Shown in pieces: positions 52,980-64,000 of a DNA stretch of 64,000 nucleotides (position 1 is the stretch's first letter; the number at the start of each line of letters is the position of its first letter). The DNA comes from Christensenellaceae bacterium (GTDB taxonomy: Bacteria > Bacillota > Clostridia > Christensenellales > CAG-138). Position numbers and translations under genes: made by a program. Below the pieces are notes generated by a model that worked only from the letters and a program-made list of their open reading frames with translations, ran no database searches and was not told the origin of the DNA. The stretch covers positions 70,551-134,550 of the forward strand of contig JAFLSU010000001.1 in the NCBI GenBank assembly GCA_022510765.1. Direction: 5' to 3'.

Positions 52980-54074
52980 ATGCCTGAAACAAGACCCTAT
53001 ATCACTTGGGAGACCATAGGGAATTTTATGAAGGAAGCGTTCATGGGCTATGGCGTACCCGAGCGGGATGCTGAGATCTGCGCGGACGTACTCATGGAGA
53101 GCGACCGACGGGGCATTGAAAGCCATGGTTGCAACCGTTTTAAGCCCATCTATATCGACCGCTTTGAGCAGGGTATCCTAAAGCCCGTCACCGAGATCGA
53201 GGTTTTGAAGGAAACTCCAACCACCCTCGTGTACGATGCGCATGACGGTCTCGGCATGGTCGCAAGCTATCGGATGATGCAGGAGCTCATTAAGAAATCC
53301 AAGATCTACGGCATGGCGATGGGCGCGATACGCAACTCCAGCCATTATGGGATAGCGGGATACTGGGTCACGATGGCAACCAAGGAAGGCATGATAGGCA
53401 TGACGGGAACCAACGCACGCCCGAGCATTGCGCCGACCTTCGGCGTTGAACCCATGCTTGGCACCAGCCCAATGACCATTGGGCTTCCAACGGATGAGGA
53501 ATTTCCGTTCGTTCTCGACTGTGCAACCGCCATCACTCAGCGCGGAAAGATAGAGTATTACGCGAGGAACGGTCAGCCCACTCCGGAGGGCGAGGTAATC
53601 GGTCGTGACGGAAAATACATGACCGACAGCGATAAGATCCTCGACGCGCTCGTAAATGGCGAAGCTTCGCTCCTGCCCATAGGAGGATACAAGGGCTATG
53701 GCTACGCAACGGTGATCGAGATACTCTCCGCCGCGCTCGCACAAGGCAATTACATGAAGATGCTCACCGGCATAAACGCGGACGGCACTCGAAAACCCTA
53801 TGGTCTTGGTCACTTCTTTATGGTATTCGACCCCTCCGCGATGATGGGCACGGAAGCATTCAAAAAGACCGCAGGCGACATTCTGCGCGCACTTCGTTCT
53901 TCCGAAAGGGCGCCCGGGCATGACCGCATCTATACGGCAGGTGAAATGGAATATCTCGCATGGATGGAGCGCAAGGACAAGGGTGTTCCCATTGGCGAAG
54001 GAATTCAGCGGGAGCTTGCCGCCGTGCGCGATAAACTTAACTTATCAAACTATATTTTTCCATTTGAAGGGTAG
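52980..54074 (+). CDS. Ldh_2-family (malate/L-lactate/sulfolactate dehydrogenase type 2) oxidoreductase
   Basis: 364 aa. SDRRGIESHGCNRF and ..GGYKGYGYA.. are typical of the Ldh_2 family. Confidence 0.8.
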   Translation: MPETRPYITWETIGNFMKEAFMGYGVPERDAEICADVLMESDRRGIESHGCNRFKPIYIDRFEQGILKPVTEIEVLKETPTTLVYDAHDGLGMVASYRMMQELIKKSKIYGMAMGAIRNSSHYGIAGYWVTMATKEGMIGMTGTNARPSIAPTFGVEPMLGTSPMTIGLPTDEEFPFVLDCATAITQRGKIEYYARNGQPTPEGEVIGRDGKYMTDSDKILDALVNGEASLLPIGGYKGYGYATVIEILSAALAQGNYMKMLTGINADGTRKPYGLGHFFMVFDPSAMMGTEAFKKTAGDILRALRSSERAPGHDRIYTAGEMEYLAWMERKDKGVPIGEGIQRELAAVRDKLNLSNYIFPFEG

Positions 54075-54082
54075 AAAAAACT

Positions 54083-55258
54083 ATGGATTACGCAAAAGAA
54101 TCTCTAAAGCTGCATGAGCAATGGAAGGGCAAGATCGAGGTCATAGCGACCGTGCCCGTCAAAACAAAGGAGGATCTCTCCCTCGCCTACACCCCCGGTG
54201 TCGCACAGCCCTGCCTTGAAATTCAGAAGGATATCTCTAAAAGCTATGAACTCACCCGTCGGCACAATCTCTGCCTCGTCGTTACCGACGGCACGGCGGT
54301 GCTCGGCCTTGGTGACATTGGTCCCGAAGCCGCCATGCCCGTAATGGAGGGTAAATGCGTTCTGTTCAAGGCGTTCGGCGGAGTTGACGCATTCCCAATG
54401 TGCCTTAAGACCAAGGATGTGGATGAGATAGTTCATGCAATCCACCTCGTTTCGGGCAGCTTTGGCGGCGTGAACCTCGAGGACATATCCGCACCGCGCT
54501 GCTTTGAGATCGAACGCAAGCTCAAGGAAGTTTGCGATATACCGATCTTTCATGACGATCAGCATGGTACCGCGGTCGTTACGCTCGCGGGTCTTACAAA
54601 CGCTCTTCGCATCGTAAATAAGCGCATGGATGAGATACGCATCGTCATCAACGGCGCGGGCGCGGCAAGCATCTCCATCGCACGGCTGCTGCTTTCGCGC
54701 GGCGCAAAGCATATCACGATCTGCGACCGCAAGGGCATGGTTTATTCCGGAAGACCCGAAGGAATGAACCCTGTCAAGGAGGAGATGGCGCTTCACACAA
54801 ATCTCGAACGCCGCAGCGGAAGTTTGGCGGACGCGCTCGTTGGAGCCGACGTGTTCATCGGCGTTTCCGCACCGAATACCGTCACCGCCGATATGGTGCG
54901 CAGCATGAACCATGATGCGATAGTATTTGCCTGCGCAAACCCGACCCCGGAGATCTTCCCAGACGAAGCTCGCGCGGCTGGCGCGCGCATCATAGCGACC
55001 GGCAGGAGCGATTATCCCAACCAGATAAACAATGTGCTTGCATTCCCGGGCATCTTTAGGGGTACCTTCGATGTCCGCGCAAGCGATATAAATGATCAAA
55101 TGAAGATTGCCGCAGCGGAAGCTATCGCGGGACTTATATCTGATGACGAGCTGAGTGAAGATTACATCATGCCACATGCATTCGATGAGCGTGTTGGAAA
55201 GGCAGTAGCCAAGGCCGTCGCTGAAGCAGCTCGTGAAAGCGGCGTAGCACGGATATAA
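54083..55258 (+). CDS. NAD(P)-dependent malic enzyme (oxaloacetate-decarboxylating)
   Basis: 391 aa with [32 protein letters not shown] and the NAD-binding INGAGAA. Confidence 0.9.
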   Translation: MDYAKESLKLHEQWKGKIEVIATVPVKTKEDLSLAYTPGVAQPCLEIQKDISKSYELTRRHNLCLVVTDGTAVLGLGDIGPEAAMPVMEGKCVLFKAFGGVDAFPMCLKTKDVDEIVHAIHLVSGSFGGVNLEDISAPRCFEIERKLKEVCDIPIFHDDQHGTAVVTLAGLTNALRIVNKRMDEIRIVINGAGAASISIARLLLSRGAKHITICDRKGMVYSGRPEGMNPVKEEMALHTNLERRSGSLADALVGADVFIGVSAPNTVTADMVRSMNHDAIVFACANPTPEIFPDEARAAGARIIATGRSDYPNQINNVLAFPGIFRGTFDVRASDINDQMKIAAAEAIAGLISDDELSEDYIMPHAFDERVGKAVAKAVAEAARESGVARI

Positions 55259-55299
55259 CTAAAGTTGCAAGGTAATCTTTCAAAATAAGTGCATCAAAA

Positions 55300-55334
55300 A
55301 AGGCTCATTTGGGACGAAACTCCAAATGAGCCTT
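55300..55334. terminator. Bidirectional terminator between the malic enzyme and MATE genes
   Basis: The perfect 13-bp stem AAGGCTCATTTGG (55300-55312) pairs with CCAAATGAGCCTT (55322-55334), with an A-run 5' and a T-containing 3' flank. Confidence 0.7.
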
Positions 55335-55345
55335 CTGGTTGTTCA

Positions 55346-56722
55346 TCATGCTTTGCTTTCGATCTGCTGTGCTTCTCGATCCAATTTTGTGATGCGTCTG
55401 TTTAAAATCACCGCAACCGAAAGCGAAAGCGTATCCACTATCGGCTGCACCCACATGCACCCATAGAGCGGCATCAGCGCGTCCATGAGAAAATACAACG
55501 GAATATCCAATACTCCCTTTCGCATAATTGAAACCGTGAGCGATTCCTTAGCCTTGCCCATCGCTTGAAACTTGATTATCATTGGATAGCAGACGGACAT
55601 GAACGGCATCGCAAGCACCATGCGTCTTAGGAACGAAGCAGCGTACTCGACGGTCTGCGTATCGCCTATGAACAGCCCCGCAAGGGTATTTGCAAGCGTT
55701 TCGTACAGCACGACGCAGATGACCGCAAACCCAAGCGAAAGCATACAGCCGAACTTAAATGCGCTCTCGGTGCGCTCATAGTTCTTTGCCGCGTAATTAT
55801 AGCCAATCAGCGGCAGGAGTCCGTTTGCCACACCTATCGAGAAATACAACGGAAGCTGATCAAGCTTTTTCGTGATCCCAAGCCCTGCCACGGCTGCATT
55901 TGAATACTTTGAAACGAAGTTCATTTGAGCCGAAACCGCGACCACCGTCAGCGCATACTGCAATGCCGACGGGAAGCCTATCTTGAAAACCTCCCCCGCA
56001 TGTTCACGCGCATGCGAAAGCTCTCTTGGATGAATGTTAATGACCGTACCATCCCCTTTTCTCGCAATGTACACAAGAAAATATCCCATTCCGATGAGAT
56101 TCGAGATCGCGGTCGCAGCTCCAGCACCCGCCGCCCCCATATTGAATCCCCAAGGAAGAACGAATATCGGGTCAAGAATGATATTTATCACGCACCCAAT
56201 GGTTACACCGATGCTTGCGTTCGCAGCCTCGCCCTCCGCTCGAACGAGGTTGGCAAACATCGTGTTCATAACGGTAGGTACCGCACCGAGAATCAGCGCA
56301 TAGAACGCATAACCCGTCGCATAGGTCAACGTCCGCCCTCTTGCGCCACAAAGATGTAGTATTTGACTATTGAAAATAGCAACGATCCCAGAGAAGACCG
56401 CCGCACTTATGAGTGCGCTCCAGAAGCAGAACGAGGATACCTGCTTTGCCCTATCGTGCCGTTTTATACCCAATGAGCGTGCGATCAAGCTCGCTCCACC
56501 GATTCCAAAGAGGTTGCTCAGCGCCGTCAGCATCAAAAAAGCGGCATTGGACACCGTGACCGCCGCCGTTTGGTCGGGATTGTTCAACATGCCAACGAAG
56601 TAAGTGTCCGCAAGCCCATAGATGAGTGCGACCATCTGGCTCGCAACGGCGGGCAGTATCTGTAGAATTACCGCGCGCTTGACAGGCATATTTGAAAACA
56701 GCTCAGTTTTATCTATCTTCAT
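55346..56722 (-). CDS. MATE family efflux transporter
   Basis: 458 aa and about 12 TM helices, with the N-terminus ILQILPAVASQMVALIYGLADTYFVG. Confidence 0.9.
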   Translation of the reverse strand: MKIDKTELFSNMPVKRAVILQILPAVASQMVALIYGLADTYFVGMLNNPDQTAAVTVSNAAFLMLTALSNLFGIGGASLIARSLGIKRHDRAKQVSSFCFWSALISAAVFSGIVAIFNSQILHLCGARGRTLTYATGYAFYALILGAVPTVMNTMFANLVRAEGEAANASIGVTIGCVINIILDPIFVLPWGFNMGAAGAGAATAISNLIGMGYFLVYIARKGDGTVINIHPRELSHAREHAGEVFKIGFPSALQYALTVVAVSAQMNFVSKYSNAAVAGLGITKKLDQLPLYFSIGVANGLLPLIGYNYAAKNYERTESAFKFGCMLSLGFAVICVVLYETLANTLAGLFIGDTQTVEYAASFLRRMVLAMPFMSVCYPMIIKFQAMGKAKESLTVSIMRKGVLDIPLYFLMDALMPLYGCMWVQPIVDTLSLSVAVILNRRITKLDREAQQIESKA

Positions 56723-56734
56723 ATAGATTACTAT

Positions 56735-56780
56735 GCAAAATCAGGCGGCATTAAGCACCCGATTTCGGGTGCATGCCGCC
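56735..56780 (-). terminator. Compound terminator downstream of the phosphoglucomutase gene
   Basis: The inner perfect hairpin GCACCCG-ATTT-CGGGTGC (56755-56772) is nested in GGCGGCAT/ATGCCGCC (56744-56751 and 56773-56780). On the minus strand it is followed by CTGATTTTG. Confidence 0.6.
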
Positions 56781-56844
56781 CGCATTTGGTATCGCCTCTT
56801 TATGCGCCCGATTTCGGGTGCTGCAACCAATTCCGTATGCGTGC

Positions 56845-58581
56845 CTATCCGAGCAGCTTGGACACGATCGCATCGGCAGCACCCAGCAGGCTCTCCAAAC
56901 GTTCCTCCGTCGCGCTTTCGGAATCCGCCTTGGCTCCAACATAGAGCTTAAGCTTCGGCTCCGTGCCGCTCGGCCGAACGATTATCCACGCGTCCCCGGG
57001 GAGGAAATAGCGCAGCACATTCGATTTCGGAAGACCTATCTCGCTCTCCTCGCCCGTTGATCTGTCGATGCGCCTGTTTTCCGAAAAATCCTCGTAAACA
57101 ATGCATTCCTCTGAGCCAAACAACATCGGAGGCTCGCTTCTTAATCCCTTCATCGCGTTCGCGATGCGCTCCATGCCCTCCTTGCCCTCAAGGGTGTAGG
57201 ACTTGGTCTTTTCAGTAAAGAAGCCATAAATACTGAATATCTCGTCAAGTACGTCAAGCAGGGTCTTGCCCTTGGCTCCGTAGTAAACCGCTGCCTCGGA
57301 AACGAGCATCGCGGCGCATATCGCGTCCTTATCGTGCGCAAAGCCCCCCGCCAAGAAACCATAACTTTCCTCAAAGCCGAACAGGAATGTGCGCTCCCCG
57401 GTCGATTCCGCCAGGTCTATCTGCTCAGCAATGAAGCGGAATCCGGTCAGAACGTGTTTGATCTCAACTCCAAAGCTGCGGCAGATTGCATCAGCAAGAC
57501 CCGTGCTCACAAGCGATTTTACCACAAGCCCATTTTCGGGCAGCTTACCCTTCTCCTTCATGGTCCCCAGCAGATAATAGATGAGTATGCTTCCTATACG
57601 GTTTCCTGTAAGCGTTTGGAACTTTCCGTTCGCGTCCCGTACTGCAACGCCCAAACGGTCGGAATCGGGGTCGGTTCCGATAACGAGTCCTGCGCCAACC
57701 TCATCCGCAAGGCGGAAAGCGAGGGTGAACGCGTTCGGATCCTCTGGATTGGGTGCCTTCACAGTTGGGAAGTCCCCGTTTGGCTGCGCCTGCTCCTGCA
57801 CCACATATACCGAGTTCATGCCTATGCGCTTAAGCACCTCCGTAACCGGTACATAGCCGCTTCCGTGAAGAGGGGTATAAACAAGCTTGATCTCCCCTCC
57901 ATGTTCCCTCACCAGCTCGGGATTAAGCATAAGGCCGATTGTATTTTTATAATAGATTTCGTCAATTTCGCTGCCTATCAGCTTGATTAGTCCACTTTCT
58001 ATCGCTTCATCATAATTCATGTGCTTGGTGGAGAAATAGTCCAATCCGCGAATCTTTGAAAGAATTTCCTCCGCCTGCGCAGGTCCGCATTGACCGCCAT
58101 GCTCCCAATATACCTTATAGCCGTTATACTCTGGCGGGTTATGGCTTGCCGTTACCACGATACCCGCGATGCATTTAAGCTCACGTACCGTAAACGAAAG
58201 CTGGGGAACGCTATGAAGAGTAGAATAAAGATAGCACTTTACCCCGAACGCTGCGAGCGTGCAGGCCGCCTCTCTCGCAAAGCTATCTGAGCGATTTCTC
58301 GAATCGTAGGCTATGGCAACGCCGCGCTCCTTCGCGCCCTCAATATCGGAAAGATACTCGGCAAGTCCCGCACTCGCTCTACGCACCACATAGTCGTTCA
58401 TCCGGTTCGTTCCTGCGCCGATGATGCCTCGCAGTCCTGCGGTGCCGAACTCAAGCTCGGTATAAAAGCGTTCCTCCTGCTCCTTTTCATCGTTTGCTAT
58501 GCTCGTTAGCTCCGCTCTCGTGCTTTCATCAAGTCCCGGATAAGCCAGCCAGCGCTCGTACTCTCGTCTGTAATCCTGCAT
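56845..58581 (-). CDS. Phospho-sugar mutase (phosphoglucomutase, PgcA-like)
   Basis: 578 aa with the active-site TASHNPPEYNGYKVY, the metal loop GTDPDSDRLG and the sugar loop GFEESYG. Confidence 0.9.
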   Translation of the reverse strand: MQDYRREYERWLAYPGLDESTRAELTSIANDEKEQEERFYTELEFGTAGLRGIIGAGTNRMNDYVVRRASAGLAEYLSDIEGAKERGVAIAYDSRNRSDSFAREAACTLAAFGVKCYLYSTLHSVPQLSFTVRELKCIAGIVVTASHNPPEYNGYKVYWEHGGQCGPAQAEEILSKIRGLDYFSTKHMNYDEAIESGLIKLIGSEIDEIYYKNTIGLMLNPELVREHGGEIKLVYTPLHGSGYVPVTEVLKRIGMNSVYVVQEQAQPNGDFPTVKAPNPEDPNAFTLAFRLADEVGAGLVIGTDPDSDRLGVAVRDANGKFQTLTGNRIGSILIYYLLGTMKEKGKLPENGLVVKSLVSTGLADAICRSFGVEIKHVLTGFRFIAEQIDLAESTGERTFLFGFEESYGFLAGGFAHDKDAICAAMLVSEAAVYYGAKGKTLLDVLDEIFSIYGFFTEKTKSYTLEGKEGMERIANAMKGLRSEPPMLFGSEECIVYEDFSENRRIDRSTGEESEIGLPKSNVLRYFLPGDAWIIVRPSGTEPKLKLYVGAKADSESATEERLESLLGAADAIVSKLLG

Positions 58582-58889
58582 GAATTTGTCCCCTCCCTCA
58601 ACGTTTGCGCATTTTGACTGTACTACTCATTCGCGTTTGCGTCGTATTCGTTTTACGTTTTATATTATTCATTCCGTTTTGCGCTTAGCTTGAAAACGTC
58701 TACGCAAACCGCATTATATTTTAAGTCTATGACTTTTTCGATAAAACTATCAGCATACTGCCGTATTTATCTAAGTCCATGCCCAATTTTATCATGTATT
58801 CGTATCATTATCCACATTTAAATTGTGCTTTTTTCAAAAATAAGTATATATTTTAACGTGCTGGTTCTAAATTTCGTTCGTTATGAATT

Positions 58890-58953
58890 CAAACCGAAAG
58901 GGATACCCCGCGGGCTTTGCCAAATTTGGCAATGTCGCCTTTTGGGGTATCCC
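58890..58953 (-). terminator. Candidate terminator downstream of PFOR
   Basis: The 10-bp stem GGGATACCCC (58900-58909) pairs with GGGGTATCCC (58944-58953). The large loop contains the palindrome TTGCCAAATTTGGCAA. On the minus strand it is followed by TTTCGGTTT. Confidence 0.5.
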
Positions 58954-58991
58954 AACAGTATATCAGCTAACGAACAAATCGCTTAATGCTA

Positions 58992-62573
<3,582 letters not shown>

Positions 62574-62656
62574 CTACAGGTTCATAATCCAAACCATATT
62601 ATAGCTCTTGGATGTGGCAATTACAAGCCGAAAATGGCATTTATATGAAGTATATA

Positions 62657-62678
62657 GTGTGAAACTAAGGTTTCACAC
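62657..62678. promoter_or_regulatory. Palindromic candidate operator upstream of PFOR
   Basis: GTGTGAAAC-TAAG-GTTTCACAC has 9-bp arms. An extra half-site, GTTCACAC, lies at 62691-62698 within a 19-nt direct repeat (ACTAAGGTTTCACACCATA / ACTAAAGTTCACACCATA). The site is about 150 bp upstream of the start codon. Confidence 0.3.
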
Positions 62679-62778
62679 CATAAAACTAAAGTTCACACCA
62701 TAGCCGTCTTTTTCAGTGCAACAAGCTCACTAACTGCTTCTTTATTTGGTGTGGAGAAGCAGCGCTAGTCTGAGTTTG

Positions 62779-63522
62779 TTAAAATACTCCAAGTTTCTCT
62801 GCTGCATAGCTGCTATACCAACGTTTAACTGATAGCGCCCCAAGGATGAGTGTCAGAAGAAGAAGGATCGTTGCCGAGATCAGCGGATCACACAGCATGG
62901 GCTGTCCGAAACATCCACCGATTAAAGATGTCACATGCGCAAAGGGGTTAAAGCAATAAGCAAGCTTTGCAGACTGCGAAATGTTATCAAGCTCAGTATA
63001 AAAGGGCGTAATCATAACGATTATCATATACAGCATATTGATCATAGGCGACGCAATATTCGGATTGCGGAAAAGCCCGCCTAAAACCATCGAGGTAACA
63101 GAGAGGAACAGAAAAGCGAGTACCATTGAAGCAATCAGCAGAATCACGTTTATGCCGGTATGCGCAGTTAAATTAATAACAATCAAGACGATTAAGAAGG
63201 GAAGTCCGACCAAAGCATGGTATGCGCATCCGCCTACATGCACAAACAGTGGGCGAACCTTAAATGTTGCATACTGTTCGATGGTAGTAATCGAGTTACT
63301 GTTTGCTATCGTTGATGCCTGCATATTGATAAACAGCGAAAACAGCATCGAAGTGAACAGACCGATGGAATAAACTTCTATCGGCTGTGCGCTGCTCGCC
63401 GAGGCAAGGCTGATCAGTAAATAAGAGCTTGGAAATATGATAACAAGCATCAGATACTGCAACAGAAAGAATCGAAGATTTTTGAAATTGATCCACATGC
63501 TGGTGCTGATTGTATGTAACAT
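62779..63522 (-). CDS. ABC-2-type transporter permease
   Basis: 247 aa and about 6 TM helices. Its start is 1 nt from the stop of the upstream ATPase gene. Confidence 0.7.
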   Translation of the reverse strand: MLHTISTSMWINFKNLRFFLLQYLMLVIIFPSSYLLISLASASSAQPIEVYSIGLFTSMLFSLFINMQASTIANSNSITTIEQYATFKVRPLFVHVGGCAYHALVGLPFLIVLIVINLTAHTGINVILLIASMVLAFLFLSVTSMVLGGLFRNPNIASPMINMLYMIIVMITPFYTELDNISQSAKLAYCFNPFAHVTSLIGGCFGQPMLCDPLISATILLLLTLILGALSVKRWYSSYAAEKLGVF

Positions 63523-63523
63523 G

Positions 63524-64000
63524 TTAATTTATCTCCTGTTTCTTCAGCATAGAGAGCAGCCCGTCATAAAAAGCAGGGTGCTCACAAGTTAAACTGCATA
63601 TGATAACCGATTTTGTGAGATCATAAAGCAGATTTAGCATTTGGGCGATGTCTTGAGTAACGATTGAAAAATCATTACCTTCATTGCTATAGCTGCAATC
63701 GGCTTCATTCAATATGGTTTGCGCCTGTATTGCATTATCTACATTGATTGTGCAATGGCAGTATTCATTCCGAACCTCTTCGGGACGGCCTGAAAAAATT
63801 ACGGAGCCTTTTTGAAGCACGACAAGCTTCGTACAAAGCTTTTTTACCTCAGATATATCGTGCGATGACAAGAGGATTGCACAGCCCCTTTTCTGTTCAT
63901 CGAGTATAAGCTGCCAAATATGTTCTTTTGTCACGACATCAACCATGCTCGTCACTTCATCCATGACGAGGTTCGTTGCGTCCTGTACCAACATGCAGCC
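63524..64000 (-). CDS. ABC transporter ATP-binding protein (5' end outside the window)
   Basis: The ORF is open to the window edge. It has a Walker B/D-loop (LVMDEVTSMVD), an H-loop (LLSSHD) and a roughly 90-aa C-terminal accessory domain. Confidence 0.8.
   Translation of the reverse strand, partial: GCMLVQDATNLVMDEVTSMVDVVTKEHIWQLILDEQKRGCAILLSSHDISEVKKLCTKLVVLQKGSVIFSGRPEEVRNEYCHCTINVDNAIQAQTILNEADCSYSNEGNDFSIVTQDIAQMLNLLYDLTKSVIICSLTCEHPAFYDGLLSMLKKQEIN

Overview
This is a 64-kb chromosomal segment from a Firmicute, most likely an anaerobic, spore-forming, butyrate-producing member of the Clostridia. That placement rests on ptb-buk, PFOR, class III RNR, a GerM-like lipoprotein, DivIC, a sortase-type surface protein, and TTGCAA/TTGACA-17-TATAAT promoters with GGAGG ribosome-binding sites. 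I support about 60 protein genes, one tRNA-Ser(CGA), several intrinsic terminators and promoters, and several repeat systems.

The core blocks are:
- rho-rdgB-yfcE.
- An ECF sigma/anti-sigma pair, ppx and divIC.
- typA-ccdA-alr.
- nrdD-trxB.
- mreB, two phosphohexomutases and tatD.
- ptb-buk-trxA.
- murG, a CDF transporter, an Ldh_2 oxidoreductase, a malic enzyme and PFOR.

There are two accessory insertions:
- A 1.65-kb recombinase-less cassette bounded by 34-bp direct repeats, between the DUF1292 gene and typA (12.6-14.3 kb).
- An island starting at the 3' end of tRNA-Ser (18.5 kb) and running to at least 28.3 kb, and possibly to 33.5 kb.

The most interesting locus is inside that island. 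Perfect 22-bp inverted repeats (26305-26326 and 27743-27764) bracket a tyrosine recombinase gene. They also bracket a near-consensus outward-facing promoter that points at a 1,220-aa sortase-anchored surface protein. The N-terminus of that protein is a triple tandem repeat of 15 Cys/His (C..HxH..C) modules. Two paralogous genes for Zn-ribbon-repeat + AP2-domain DNA-binding proteins follow it. I read this as a candidate recombinase-in-inverton phase-variation module.

Other notable items:
- An SPT-like alpha-oxoamine synthase + SDR + GNAT-like trio, which could make a sphingoid or capnoid base.
- NrdD fused to a thioredoxin-like domain, next to a TrxB-like reductase.
- Rho with a roughly 290-aa Q/N-rich prion-like insertion.
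- A DUF1292 protein with a metallothionein-like Cys/Asp/Glu tail.
- A membrane-fused E2-acyltransferase-like protein with DHR changed to DER.

All functional calls come from motif recognition by eye. No database searches were run.
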